Below are positions 1-10,314 of a DNA stretch of 59,830 nucleotides, in pieces. The notes under the pieces were generated by a model, which did not search any database, was not told the DNA's origin, and worked only from the letters and a program-made list of their open reading frames with translations. A program made the position numbers and the translations under genes. Source of the stretch: an uncultured Gammaproteobacteria bacterium (GTDB taxonomy: Bacteria > Pseudomonadota > Gammaproteobacteria > Xanthomonadales > SZUA-38); contig CAZLJY010000004.1 of NCBI GenBank assembly GCA_964559945.1, positions 1-59,830 of the forward strand, in the 5' to 3' direction. Positions within the stretch are counted from its first letter, which is position 1, and each line of letters starts with the position of its first letter.

Positions 1-1974
1 GCGAGGCGCGCCACGCTGATCGAATTCAGTGCAAAACGCCCGCTCTGCAGCACCCATCGCCGGACTACCAGGTAACGGCACATGGGTCAGAGTATCAATG
101 ACCGGGTTGGCACCGCCGTTGTTTTGTAAAGGGCCAAGGAGGGGATCGCCGGTGACCATATTGGAGGCGCCATCTGCACAACTGCCATCGGAGATCAGGT
201 TGTTGGCATGGCGGTTAAACACCGGATTGTTGCTCGTTGCGCAATCGCCGCCTGCATTGACGCCAACAATAGTATTGGATATGCCCACTGAACCGCCGGA
301 CAAGGAGACGCCTCCGCCACTGCTAGCACTGTTGCCAACCCAGGTGTTATTGACGACAAAAATATAGCCGGAATAGTTTTCGATACCACCGCCGTTAACC
401 GATGCGGTATTGCCCGACAAGGTGACGTTGTAGAGCCCCATCCCCCCCTGGTTGTTTTCGATTCCGCCACCGCCTAGGGCAGTATTGTTAGATAGCGTGA
501 CGTCAAACAAACTCGTCTGGCTAGTGTTGTAAATAGCACCGCCATAGCCCACTGCACTACTATTGGTAATGAGGCTGTTGTACAGCAGCGCTATGCCAGA
601 ATTATGAATAGCGCCACCGTCACGACTGGCGGAGTTTGAAGAAAGCCCACTATCTCGTAGGCGCAAGGTCTCGGTATTGTAAATCGCACCACCGAACGTG
701 GCGCTATTACCACGAAAACGATAGCTGGAAAAAACGCCGTCAATGGATACTTCACCCCCGTTAAATATGGCGCCGCCCTGCTCAGTGGCAGTGTTGGAAG
801 AAACACTAGGGTTACCGCCGACAATGGGATCGAGTATTAAATCGAATTCTCCCAAGTTATAAAGGCCTCCCCCCCTTTGCGCCGTATTGGCGGAAAGCCT
901 TAAGTCCTGCAGGGAGATCGTCGCGTCAACGGCGTTGTAAATACCGCCGCCCATTTGGCCAGCAACGTTAGAAGACAGCGAGGGTCCACCACCAACCGTC
1001 ACGACACTGCCGTTAACGTTAAAAATTCCGCCGCCGTTAATGCTAGCAGTGTTTTCGTCTACACCGCCGTCGAGTCTCAGCTCCTCTTGGAAAGTAACCA
1101 CCCCCCCGTTATTGAAAATACCGCCGCCATTGGCTCCACTTTCGTTAGAGTCAACATTGACCAGGCCAATGGTGACATTGCCTTGCTGATTGTAGATACC
1201 GCCGCCATTACCCATTGCGGTGTTTTCAGAGACTTCTCCCCGCGCCGAGAAGTTGGTCGATTGGGTTTGTAGGATGACAGAACCGTAGTTGTTGAAGATC
1301 CCCCCACCTGCCGTGGCTTGGTTGTCTACTACCTGAGACCTAAGCAGTAATGCCTCGCCATAAAAATTCAGGACCCCGCCACCGTTTCCCCCGCTGGTAT
1401 TGCCGCTGATCAGGCTATCCACAGCGGTCAAGTTTCCGACGTTGTATAGGCCACCGCCACCGGGTACCGAATGGCTTTGCGTGATGGTGACACCCGTCAA
1501 TGTCAACGCATTACTTCGGAAATTGGCGATGGCACCGCCGAAGCCATCGGAATAACCATTGGTCAGCGTTAGGTCATTGAACGACACCGCTTCGGTTGTC
1601 TGAATGTTGGCGATTCGCGAAATATTTTGACCGGAGATCCTTGTCGGTCCTTGGAGAGTTACCTCCGAATTGATGATCAGCTCACCGTTTTCCAACAGAT
1701 GCAGTGAAGTGGGCAAATCAAACTCGATGGTGTCCGCCCCCTGGCCGGAGACACAACCACCGGTAGCGGTATCAGTATTAGCAGCAGTGATTGCGTCGCG
1801 CAGCGTACATACCGCTGAAGATGAGTTGTCTAGGCGGGTTTCTACCACAATCGTTGCTGCGAAAACCGAGGTGTTAATGAGTGCTTGGGCAACCGCCAAC
1901 GCGAGAGCTCGCCGATGAATCGGACCTCTTGCGCTTGCCGTTCCTTTTCTTTTCACTTTGGCCTTCGGTGACAT
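1..1974 (-). CDS. CSLREA-domain secreted/surface protein with GGAI/GGGI repeats and a choice-of-anchor-Q-like region (3' end outside the window)
   Basis: Translated by hand; absent from the ORF track because it runs off the left edge. ATG at 1974 gives MSPKAKVK...RRALALAVAQALINTSVFAATIVVETRLDNSSSAVCTLRDAITAANTD (CSLREA-like). Segments checked are in frame: GGGIFNNYG near 1290, NGGANPVIDTLTHVPLPGSP near 61-120, FDQRGAPR at the edge. Not every codon was checked for stops. Confidence 0.88.
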   Translation of the reverse strand, partial: MSPKAKVKRKGTASARGPIHRRALALAVAQALINTSVFAATIVVETRLDNSSSAVCTLRDAITAANTDTATGGCVSGQGADTIEFDLPTSLHLLENGELIINSEVTLQGPTRISGQNISRIANIQTTEAVSFNDLTLTNGYSDGFGGAIANFRSNALTLTGVTITQSHSVPGGGGLYNVGNLTAVDSLISGNTSGGNGGGVLNFYGEALLLRSQVVDNQATAGGGIFNNYGSVILQTQSTNFSARGEVSENTAMGNGGGIYNQQGNVTIGLVNVDSNESGANGGGIFNNGGVVTFQEELRLDGGVDENTASINGGGIFNVNGSVVTVGGGPSLSSNVAGQMGGGIYNAVDATISLQDLRLSANTAQRGGGLYNLGEFDLILDPIVGGNPSVSSNTATEQGGAIFNGGEVSIDGVFSSYRFRGNSATFGGAIYNTETLRLRDSGLSSNSASRDGGAIHNSGIALLYNSLITNSSAVGYGGAIYNTSQTSLFDVTLSNNTALGGGGIENNQGGMGLYNVTLSGNTASVNGGGIENYSGYIFVVNNTWVGNSASSGGGVSLSGGSVGISNTIVGVNAGGDCATSNNPVFNRHANNLISDGSCADGASNMVTGDPLLGPLQNNGGANPVIDTLTHVPLPGSPAMGAAERAFCTEFDQRGAPR

Positions 1975-2131
1975 CCCATTGCACTCCTATTGATACGGAC
2001 AACTCTGCGAAAGCGCGGCACAATTGTGTTGTGCAACGGATTTGAAACCCGGCGAAAAGGCTCTGGAAAGGTGCCAATTACCGACCCATCAACGCAGACC
2101 TATCGGGACCTAGCGCCCCATATTTTCTGTC

Positions 2132-2170
2132 TTGACCCCACGTACAGAAAAACGGGTGAAATTGGCTCAA
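2132..2170 (-). promoter_or_regulatory. Putative ECF-sigma promoter, copy 1 (TTGAGCC-N10-GTTTTTCTGTACGTGGG), upstream of the CSLREA gene
   Basis: Matches copy 2 at 2693-2731 at 32 of 39 nt with no gaps; same orientation as the downstream gene. Confidence 0.7.
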
Positions 2171-2261
2171 CAAAAAAAATCTTTTGCCCCGTCACCACTG
2201 CAAAACTGTTGCCAGCTCACGCTGCATGGGGCGTTGGCTTGACGGCGACTGTGATCGTGAC

Positions 2262-2290
2262 AAAAAAAGGCGCACCCCTGTGCGCCTTTT
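2262..2290. terminator. Intrinsic terminator after urcA (bidirectional shape)
   Basis: AAAAGGCGCAC-CCCT-GTGCGCCTTTT, 11-bp stem with A/T runs on both sides. Confidence 0.8.
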
Positions 2291-2311
2291 CTCTATCGGA
2301 TCCGTTGATGC

Positions 2312-2665
2312 CTAATGGGCAGTAAAAACCTGATATTCAAGATGGCGCCCTGTATCGGCGTAATGTGTCAGGTGACGGTTATCAATCTGATCAACAAATC
2401 GGGCAAATAACTCGCGATTGCAGGTCTCACGTTCGCTAACGGAGTTAATGACCGAATGCCAACAGAACCGCCGCGTCCTGGTTTTTAGCTTTTTAAACAA
2501 TTTTTCAACACCGGCCGGGCTGTCTAATAACGATTTTTCATACGTCACACGCAGGACGCCCTCTTGAGCCATGGCGGTGGTTAAACCCGTTAAAGCGAAG
2601 AGTAAAAACCCTGCCACTAGGATACTTTTGGTTTGAACTGCTGCGTTCTGATATTGCTTATGCAT
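2312..2665 (-). CDS. UrcA-family secreted small protein
   Basis: Signal peptide, then VTYEKSLLDSPAGVEKLFKKLKTRTRRFC...C...FVDQI, the UrcA-type pattern with two Cys. Confidence 0.75.
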   Translation of the reverse strand: MHKQYQNAAVQTKSILVAGFLLFALTGLTTAMAQEGVLRVTYEKSLLDSPAGVEKLFKKLKTRTRRFCWHSVINSVSERETCNRELFARFVDQIDNRHLTHYADTGRHLEYQVFTAH

Positions 2666-2692
2666 AGAGTGATCTCGCTAATTTTTGTTGCG

Positions 2693-2731
2693 TTGGTCCC
2701 ACATACAGAAAAACCGTTGCAATGGGCTCAA
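2693..2731 (-). promoter_or_regulatory. Putative ECF-sigma promoter, copy 2 (TTGAGCC-N10-GTTTTTCTGTATGTGGG), upstream of urcA
   Basis: Ends 27 nt before the urcA ATG; near-identical to 2132-2170. Confidence 0.72.
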
Positions 2732-2809
2732 TCCCAATGATCTTTTTAGCGATGTCGTGAGAAAACCGATGGTTGTCCAGGGAATACGGTTTGCTGGTAT
2801 TGAAAATAC

Positions 2810-5374
2810 TTAGCGACTTTCCGCGGCCAAATTTGCCGCATCAATGGCGGATTGAATATCCGCAGCATTTTGCGTCTGTCCTAATTGTTGATAGATCGAA
2901 AGCAAGTCAGCGGCTGACTTTTGGGTTTCGATATGTTGATCGCCAAGTCTGTCGAGCTGGGTTTCGTAGGCTGATAGCATGAGCTGCTCAGCTTCCACCG
3001 GGTCAGAATCACGGATACAGTTGGCTAAGTTTCGTTGTCCTTTAGCCACCGAATTATGGGTAGGCAACGCGGCCAGCACTATTTCTAGACCTTCGCGAAG
3101 TTCTGATTGGGCTTTTGAACAACTGCCCTGGCGTATATAAAACGCCCCTAGGCCCAGCTTAGTAATACCAATATTAGGATGGCCGGGCCTTAACAGGTTG
3201 GCAAAAATCTCCAAGCTCCGTAGACGGCGTTTTTCCGATAGATCTATGTCGCCGTTGGCCTCAGCAAGCTGGGCTAAGCCGGACAATGCGAAGCCGACTT
3301 CCCGGTGGTCGGGGCCGAGAATCTCTTCGGCAATCCTCAACGCTCGCTGGTAACTTTCCTCAGCCTCAATGGTATTTCCCATAGCCCTTTGGGTCGCGCC
3401 TAAGTCCTGCAAAACCTGTGAGGTAAAGGCCTCCAACTCGCCATTGATTTTTAGCTGTTGGGTCACAGCTTGCTCAACCAATGCCAGTGATTCATCGTAC
3501 TCACCCCGCTGGCGCAGTACATTGCCTAATCCAATCAGAGACATCGTGTGTTGGTCGGCCGACTCCGGGTGATGGCTAGCAAAAACCGGCAAAACCTGGC
3601 GATAGGTTTCCTCCGCAAGATCCAAGTCGCCAGCGTTGGTTGCCAATCTGGCGATCCGGAAACGGCTGTTGGCCAGGCCAAGGGGGTCATCAATGTGGAG
3701 GCGAATGGCGATGGACTGCTGACCCAATTCAACGGCCTTGTCCTGCTGTCCCTGGGCTGCCGCGATTCGCGATAGATTGATCAGCACATCAGCATAATCT
3801 GCACTTTGGGCACCCGCTAATTGTTCACGCAATAGCAACTCCTTGCCCCATAGTTCTTCCGCCAAGGCGTAGTTTCCTAACACGCTATAGATACTGGCGA
3901 AGGTATCGTTAAGATCCGCTTGCAACTGCGGTTGATCACCTAACTCCTGTTGAGCGCGCTGCGCTCCTGAACTCAATAAGTCCATGGCCGTCAGAGTCTC
4001 ACCCTTTGAATTATTGGGGTGGGCCTGTTGAAACACAGTGACCAAAAAGTCTTTGGTGGCATCTGCCCGTGCCGTTTGTTCCACCAATGCCTGGTTTTGT
4101 TGTTTCTGCTTCCAAGCAAACCAAGCGACCCCCCCGCTCAAAGCAAGCACCAACGCCGCGATGACTGCCGAAAGCGCTACGGGCACTCGATGACGGCGAA
4201 TAAACCGCGAGGCCGAGTAGGTAAAGGTATCGGGGCGCGCCATCACCGGCCGATGGGTCAAGTGACGTTGAATATCTTCAGCAAGGGCGCCTGCGGTTGC
4301 ATAGCGTTCGCCAGTTTGGCGTTTGAGGGACTTGGCTAAGATGTTTTCCAAATCGCCGCTTAATCGGTCAACCAGGCTTTTCGCATTCAACTGGCGTTGG
4401 CGGGCAATCGTCTCCAGGTGGTCATGGGAATCAGCACTGGAGAGCAGCTGGTTTAAGCGGCGACTGGCTAGGGTTGCGTCTTCTTCGCTGAGTACTCGCA
4501 AGTTCTTGGGAATGTTGTCATTGCTTAACTTGTGAGCATCAACTCCTGCCAGCAACCAATAGAGCAACATGCCCAAACCGTACACATCGGTTCTTGTTGA
4601 TACCGGCTGACCCAATAGCTGCTCCGGCGCGGCAAACTTTGGTGTAACTGGAAGGTGTGTGGTCAGCGGCTGAGGATTTTCCTCGTTTGATTCCCCAACG
4701 ATTTTGGCGACGCCAAAATCCAGCAACTTCACTTGCCCAGATTCGGCCACCAGGATGTTTGCTGGCTTAATGTCTCGATGTAAGGTTAGATTCTGGTGAG
4801 CATGTTCAACTGCACTACAGACCTGCAAGAACAATCCCAGCCGCGCCTCAATGGATAAACAATTTTGATCAGCGTATTCATCAATCGGCCGGCCTTCGAT
4901 GTGCTCCATGACAAAGTAAGGCGTGCCATTGTCGCTCATGCCGCCATCGAACAATTGGCAAATGTTCGGGTGGTCAAGCCCAGCGAGGATTTGCCGTTCG
5001 CGCAAGAATAACGCGGCTGACTGGGGTTCTGCTAACGCCGCTGGTAACACTTTGATGGCGACCTCTTGGTCGAATTGGCCATCACTTCGTGAAGCCAGAT
5101 AAACCTCACCCATACCGCCGCGGCCCAGCAATCGGGTGGGTTGGTAATCGCCAATTTTCTCAGGCAACACGGGCTCTTCTTCCTCCAGCAACGTGTTGAA
5201 GCGGTCACCCAAACCTTCAAAGTAACTGCCAGCGGCATTCTGTTGGGACAACAAATTGTCGATCATTCGTCGATCTTCGTCAGCGCCGGCCAGTGCTCCA
5301 TCCAAGTAGCGCTCACGTTCTGGCGAATCTAGCTGCAAGGCCTGCAGATAGATTTCTTCAAGTTCAGGCGTCAC
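2810..5374 (-). CDS. Membrane-anchored Hanks-type Ser/Thr kinase with C-terminal TPR repeats
   Basis: LGRGGMGEVY, VAIK, HRDIKPAN, DFG and APEQ motifs; one hydrophobic segment (VALSAVIAALVLALSGGVAWFAW); helical TPR repeats. GTG start. Confidence 0.93.
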   Translation of the reverse strand: MTPELEEIYLQALQLDSPERERYLDGALAGADEDRRMIDNLLSQQNAAGSYFEGLGDRFNTLLEEEEPVLPEKIGDYQPTRLLGRGGMGEVYLASRSDGQFDQEVAIKVLPAALAEPQSAALFLRERQILAGLDHPNICQLFDGGMSDNGTPYFVMEHIEGRPIDEYADQNCLSIEARLGLFLQVCSAVEHAHQNLTLHRDIKPANILVAESGQVKLLDFGVAKIVGESNEENPQPLTTHLPVTPKFAAPEQLLGQPVSTRTDVYGLGMLLYWLLAGVDAHKLSNDNIPKNLRVLSEEDATLASRRLNQLLSSADSHDHLETIARQRQLNAKSLVDRLSGDLENILAKSLKRQTGERYATAGALAEDIQRHLTHRPVMARPDTFTYSASRFIRRHRVPVALSAVIAALVLALSGGVAWFAWKQKQQNQALVEQTARADATKDFLVTVFQQAHPNNSKGETLTAMDLLSSGAQRAQQELGDQPQLQADLNDTFASIYSVLGNYALAEELWGKELLLREQLAGAQSADYADVLINLSRIAAAQGQQDKAVELGQQSIAIRLHIDDPLGLANSRFRIARLATNAGDLDLAEETYRQVLPVFASHHPESADQHTMSLIGLGNVLRQRGEYDESLALVEQAVTQQLKINGELEAFTSQVLQDLGATQRAMGNTIEAEESYQRALRIAEEILGPDHREVGFALSGLAQLAEANGDIDLSEKRRLRSLEIFANLLRPGHPNIGITKLGLGAFYIRQGSCSKAQSELREGLEIVLAALPTHNSVAKGQRNLANCIRDSDPVEAEQLMLSAYETQLDRLGDQHIETQKSAADLLSIYQQLGQTQNAADIQSAIDAANLAAESR

Positions 5375-5398
5375 GGGCTTAACCTTTCATTCACGTTA

Positions 5399-5965
5399 CT
5401 ACTGCGGCTTGTCATGCTGCTCACCCAGCGTTTGATATAGCGCCGCCAGTGCGAGGGTCCAGTCGCGCTTCACCGTGGCCAGGGAAATTTCTAGTGCCTC
5501 GGCAATTTGCTCGTTGCCCAAACCACCAAAAACGCGGCACTCCACCACTCGACTGCGCCGCGGGTGCTGGACCTCTAGTTTTTCCAACGCCTCGTGCAGT
5601 TCTAATAGTTCCAGCAAGGTTGCACCTTTGCCGGACAGTTCTTTCGGGAGGGTTAGGTTGTCGGCGTTTCCGCCGCGCTTGGCGGCGCCGCTGTGTTCAG
5701 CATAGTTAACCAACACTTGACGCATCGCCTTGGCGGCTGTGGCAAAGAAGTGTTTTTTATTGCGCCAGCTGGGCGGCGACCGGTCGGCCAACTTCAAATA
5801 GGTTTCGTGAATCAGCGCGGTGGTATTGAGGGTATCGTTTCCCCGCCAGCGTCGTCGATGAGCCCGCGCAATGACCTTAAGCTCATCATAAATGGACTGA
5901 AACAAAGCCTGCTGATCTGCGGGATCAATTCCAGCAACCGGCCCATCGTTTGTCTCACTCATCAT
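5399..5965 (-). CDS. ECF sigma factor, TIGR02999-like (kinase-associated)
   Basis: IYDELKVIA...DTLNTTALIHETYLKL...FFATAAKAMRQVLV...AAKRGG...VECRVFGGL...IAEALEISLATVKRDW. ATG at 5965 follows a GGGAGAG SD. Confidence 0.92.
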   Translation of the reverse strand: MMSETNDGPVAGIDPADQQALFQSIYDELKVIARAHRRRWRGNDTLNTTALIHETYLKLADRSPPSWRNKKHFFATAAKAMRQVLVNYAEHSGAAKRGGNADNLTLPKELSGKGATLLELLELHEALEKLEVQHPRRSRVVECRVFGGLGNEQIAEALEISLATVKRDWTLALAALYQTLGEQHDKPQ

Positions 5966-6181
5966 GCGCTCTCCCTGCAAAATAAAACAGCGGTGCTCGC
6001 AGCTTTCTGCCAGGTCAGGGATTTGCTGGCTTAAGCACTGAGCCTTCGAGCTTAGCAGGTCTATCCTGCCTCGCTCTATCAGAACTTATTTAGTAATACA
6101 CAAGTTAACTTACGGGATCTAGGAAAGCGGAGGGATTGGATCGGGTGTGGCGAAAACTGCAGGGATCTGGAGACCGGTGAA

Positions 6182-6210
6182 GTCCGGGCTGCCATTGATG
6201 CAGCCCGGAC
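6182..6210 (-). terminator. GC-rich hairpin after the protease gene
   Basis: GTCCGGGCTGC-N7-GCAGCCCGGAC; weak U tail. Confidence 0.55.
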
Positions 6211-6221
6211 GTTAGCGAATA

Positions 6222-8000
6222 TCAGGGTCTAACTAAGGTGAACGTGTAATTACCACTACCTGAATAGGAATAGACTCGCCAGTAATAAAATCCAGCGGCA
6301 CCGTTATAGGTGATCGATTCATTGGAGCTTGACGACTGGGAGACTCGGACGCGGGTCCAACTGCCAGTCCAGCGATATAGCGCCAAATCAAAGTCAGCGT
6401 TGGAGGGCCCAACCAGGGTACCAATATGCTGACCTGCTCCGCTTTGATAATAGGTTCCGCCAGGCTGTACATCACGATCGTTGCGACCTGACAGGCTGCC
6501 CGTGTAGGTCTCGCCGCCGCCCCCCGGCGGTGTGGTGTCGGGATCCAGCCATTCCTCAACCTGGTCAAAATAACCAGCTAGGGCGCCATCAACCGTTGCG
6601 TTTCGACTGTCACACACGTCAGAAGGGTTGGGGCCGCAAGCACCCGACAACTGCCCGACCACCTGCCCCGATGCGTTTAACACCGGTGAACCGCTAGATC
6701 CCCCTTCGGTGGCTCCAATGGCGTCAGTGGAATAAATCCAGTTGCCTCTGGGCCAGGAACCACAGGTGCCAATACTGGTGCTCACATCGTGGCGGGAATA
6801 GGCCTGGGGAGCGCCTTTAGGATGACTGATTCGAAACAAATCTTGGCCATTGCTGTTAGCAACCGATGAAGCTGTCCAACCCAGAAACGTGGTGCCTGAG
6901 GGCGCATTTTGATTGAGGCGCAGCAGGGTGTAATCACCGGTGGCGCTGGTGCTTAGCAAGGTTGCGCCGTTAGTTCGAGGAACCGCCCCATTCGGGTTAT
7001 AACAACTCCCGCCGCAGCCGGCGCCAAACTGCCAGAAGGCTTCCATACTGTTGGCTTCCGCGTTGCTGCTAATGCAGTGGTTGGCAGTGAGAAAATACGG
7101 CGTTTGGGTGGAACTGTCGGTGTCATTAATTAATCCACCGCTGCAAATAAACGAACTACCACCGCTCACAAATTGAATATGCGCCACACCATCTTTGGTG
7201 TTTTCCATTTGCGCCCAATCAGAATTGTTATAGCAACCGCCATTTTCCACACAGCTGTCGTTGAAGCTGCAAAAGGCCTTTTCTGCCGATGGGCTTAACG
7301 CGCTCGCCACCTGAAAACGAGGTCCGATATGGGCGACCCGGGCAATGGTGAAGTTGAGGAGGTTTGCGCTCTGAGATTTTACGGAATCGTCGAAGGACAA
7401 ACGCACAAAGGCTTCATCACCGGTAATCGTATGAGTCCAAAAATCCCCAGATTTATTCAATCCATCCAAGGTGTAAGGGCCGTACGCCTCGCCGGTTAAA
7501 TTGTAGATGGCCAGGGATGCGCCTTCCGGCAGATGAACATTGGTGAGGTTCAATCGAAGTGCGGTGGCTCCCGGTGATCGAACACCGGCTGTCCAAGCAC
7601 TTTGCGACCCTTCAATTTTCACCACGCCGCCTGAAATAGCTTGTCCGGATTTCAATGCCGTTCGAGATAACGATCCTAGGTCTACCTTATGGCTTAGGTC
7701 GCGAACCTTGCCCGACTCCAACGCCCTGGCTGCGCTACTGCGCTCATCACACGCCACCACACACTGCGCTTCCCCTATGTCGATTTTGTCCTGGTGAGAC
7801 AGAGAGATCTGCAGCATCTCTGTGGCCCCAATATCTGGGTGAGTGGCCAATAGTTGATCAAATAGCTCGGCCTGCAAGGCCTTTTGCTGGTCCTTGTTTT
7901 CCAGCGCGGGTTCAGTGAAGGTTTGTGGCGCCGAAATGTCGACCTGAGCCACGGAAACGCTACTGACTAGTGCAGCGGCAACGAAAAACGATCGTTTCAT
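6222..8000 (-). CDS. Secreted trypsin-like serine protease (lysyl endopeptidase / Achromobacter protease I-like) with C-terminal PPC-like domain
   Basis: Signal peptide MKRSFFVAAALVSSVSVAQ; triad motifs FLTANHC, GDYTLL, TEGGSSGSP; tail ADFDLALYRW...GFYYWRVYSYSGSGNYT. Confidence 0.85.
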   Translation of the reverse strand: MKRSFFVAAALVSSVSVAQVDISAPQTFTEPALENKDQQKALQAELFDQLLATHPDIGATEMLQISLSHQDKIDIGEAQCVVACDERSSAARALESGKVRDLSHKVDLGSLSRTALKSGQAISGGVVKIEGSQSAWTAGVRSPGATALRLNLTNVHLPEGASLAIYNLTGEAYGPYTLDGLNKSGDFWTHTITGDEAFVRLSFDDSVKSQSANLLNFTIARVAHIGPRFQVASALSPSAEKAFCSFNDSCVENGGCYNNSDWAQMENTKDGVAHIQFVSGGSSFICSGGLINDTDSSTQTPYFLTANHCISSNAEANSMEAFWQFGAGCGGSCYNPNGAVPRTNGATLLSTSATGDYTLLRLNQNAPSGTTFLGWTASSVANSNGQDLFRISHPKGAPQAYSRHDVSTSIGTCGSWPRGNWIYSTDAIGATEGGSSGSPVLNASGQVVGQLSGACGPNPSDVCDSRNATVDGALAGYFDQVEEWLDPDTTPPGGGGETYTGSLSGRNDRDVQPGGTYYQSGAGQHIGTLVGPSNADFDLALYRWTGSWTRVRVSQSSSSNESITYNGAAGFYYWRVYSYSGSGNYTFTLVRP

Positions 8001-8244
8001 ACAATTCCCCAATCAAGTGGGGCGGCGCCCGGCAGGACGCAGCACCCGTGAGCGCGTCGTCCTTGAGCTGATGTGTCCTTGAGGGCCAGGCTTTGGACCT
8101 GACTTGACGGAAACTATACGGATTAAATCACGGTAAACAGCAAAATATGTCACATACTTCGGACATTTTATCTGTTAACCGGGTTCGAGGTTCTGACAAA
8201 GCAGACCTCACAATAGCCAATCGGGCACTGCCTTTACCGGCCAA

Positions 8245-10302
8245 TTAACGGTCTGGATGGCGCTCCACCAGGGTCAAGATGTCATACAAGGCAACAGCCT
8301 CGGACTCCTGGTTGGTGACCTCCACGGCCCAGCGCACCACCCCTTGGGGAACGTCATCGGGCTCGCGCTGTTCTTTCTTGATTTTTTGTTTAACGGTGAT
8401 GGTCACCTGGATGGTGTCACCAATGCCTACCGGCTCAATAAAACGCAGGTTATCCAGCCCGTAGTTAGCCAGTACCGGGCCGGGTGCTGGATCCACAAAC
8501 ATCCCCGCCGCCGCGGATATCACAAAATAGCCATGGGCCACTCGCCGTCCAAAAATGGGCGATGCCTTCGCTGCTGCATCGTCGAAATGAGCATAAAAAT
8601 GGTCACCGGACAGACAGCCGAAATTGACAATGTCCGCTTCGGTAATGGTGCGTCGGTGGGTAGTTAAAGATTCACCAATTTCCAGTTCATCAAAATATTT
8701 GCGGAAGGGGTGTACCGGATCATTCTTAACCGCCGCACCGGGTACGTATTCATTGGTGATGTGCATCAAGGTGGTGGGTGACCCCTGCAACGCCGTGCGA
8801 CGCAAATAGTGTTTAACCGCCCGCGCACCTCCTAACTCCTCGCCCCCCCCGGCACGCCCAGGGCCACCATGGACCAGCGATGGCATCGGTGAACCGTGGC
8901 CGGTAGACGCCGCGGCACAGTCTCGATTGATGATCAGCATCCTTCCATGATGGGCTGCGGTGCCCAGAATTAGTTCTCGCGCCTCAGCGTTATCAAAGGT
9001 AAAAACCGAACCCACTAACGACCCTCTTCCCCGGCGGGCAATCTCCACCGCTTCCGCATTGCCCTGGTAGGGCATCAAGGTACTGACCGGACCAAAGGGC
9101 TCGATGGCGTGGGGGCCTGCCATGGTTGCCAATGGGCTTTCACAGGCCAGCAAGGTGGCGGGGAAAAAGGCGCCAGCTTTAGCATCAGCCTCGGTGACTG
9201 AAAACTCTCGGTGGCCGCCATGGACTACCTCACAACCCTCAGCGGTTAACGCTTCCACCGCGGCCCACACGTCAGCACGCTGATCATTACCCACCAGGGG
9301 ACCCATTCTCACGCCCTTCACTGAGGGATCACCCAGCACCGTTTTGTCCAATCGAGCAGCGATCGCCTGCTGCACAGCGTCCTGATACGCCGACGGCACA
9401 ATCGCTCGGCGAATTGCGGTACATTTCTGCCCGGCTTTCACCGTCATTTCTCTGACCACCTCTTTGACGAAGAGATCAAATTCCTGGGTACCCGGCTCCG
9501 CTGACTGACCCAGGATGCAGCAATTAAGGGAGTCGGCTTCCATGTTAAATGGGATAGACCGGGCAAGAATATTGGGGTGTGCGCGCAGTTTCACCCCGGT
9601 ACTGGCCGAACCGGTAAAGGTGACCACATCTTGCTCTTCCAGGTGATCCAACAGGTCGCCGGTACTGCCGCTGATGAGTTGAATCGCCCCTTCCGGGAAC
9701 AGCTTTGACGCAACGATCTCCTGCACCATGGCTTCGGTCAGATAGGAGGTTACGGTGGCCGGCTTCACCACCACTGGCATTCCAGCGGCCAGTGAGGGGG
9801 CAATTTTTTCTAGCATGCCCCAACAAGGAAAATTGAAGGCGTTAATGTGCACTGCCACCCCTTCCCGAGGACTGAGCATATGGCGGCCAACAAAACTCCC
9901 GTCCTGAGAAAGTGGCTCAACCCCACCTTCAACCATCACCGTATCGTTGGGAAATTCTCGGCGCACAATGGAGGAGTAGGCAAACAAGGTACCGATTCCA
10001 CCCTCAATATCCACCCAACCATCGGCTCGCGTTGCGCCTGTCCAGGCCGACACCTCATAGAATTTCTCTTTCTTCTCTAGCAGATGTTTGGCCAATGCTT
10101 TCAGCGCCAATGCTCGGTCGTGAAAGGTCATCTTGCGCAAATTTGCGCCGCCGGTGTCCCGAGCAAAACGCACAACTTCGGCAAAGTCGATGCCGGCTGA
10201 CGATACCTGGGCAACGGCAGCACCGGTCACCGCATTGTGAACAGTAACGCCCTCTTCATCGCTGCGGTGCCAGCCACCGTTAACGTAACTTGCAAGCTTC
10301 AT
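8245..10302 (-). CDS. paaZ: Bifunctional oxepin-CoA hydrolase / aldehyde dehydrogenase
   Basis: ALDH domain ([20 protein letters not shown]) plus C-terminal MaoC domain ([15 protein letters not shown]); lies in a paa cluster. Confidence 0.95.
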   Translation of the reverse strand: MKLASYVNGGWHRSDEEGVTVHNAVTGAAVAQVSSAGIDFAEVVRFARDTGGANLRKMTFHDRALALKALAKHLLEKKEKFYEVSAWTGATRADGWVDIEGGIGTLFAYSSIVRREFPNDTVMVEGGVEPLSQDGSFVGRHMLSPREGVAVHINAFNFPCWGMLEKIAPSLAAGMPVVVKPATVTSYLTEAMVQEIVASKLFPEGAIQLISGSTGDLLDHLEEQDVVTFTGSASTGVKLRAHPNILARSIPFNMEADSLNCCILGQSAEPGTQEFDLFVKEVVREMTVKAGQKCTAIRRAIVPSAYQDAVQQAIAARLDKTVLGDPSVKGVRMGPLVGNDQRADVWAAVEALTAEGCEVVHGGHREFSVTEADAKAGAFFPATLLACESPLATMAGPHAIEPFGPVSTLMPYQGNAEAVEIARRGRGSLVGSVFTFDNAEARELILGTAAHHGRMLIINRDCAAASTGHGSPMPSLVHGGPGRAGGGEELGGARAVKHYLRRTALQGSPTTLMHITNEYVPGAAVKNDPVHPFRKYFDELEIGESLTTHRRTITEADIVNFGCLSGDHFYAHFDDAAAKASPIFGRRVAHGYFVISAAAGMFVDPAPGPVLANYGLDNLRFIEPVGIGDTIQVTITVKQKIKKEQREPDDVPQGVVRWAVEVTNQESEAVALYDILTLVERHPDR

Positions 10303-10314
10303 GGCATAGATTCC

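Noticed and set aside
1077-1307. 76-aa minus-strand ORF in the track
   Set aside because: An out-of-frame shadow inside the CSLREA gene, whose true frame reads GGGIFNNYGSVILQ here.
6039-6065. Third copy of the ECF promoter (TGAGCC-N15-TCTATC)
   Set aside because: It is on the plus strand with no gene to drive, and lacks the GTTTTT and GTGGG blocks shared by the two real copies.
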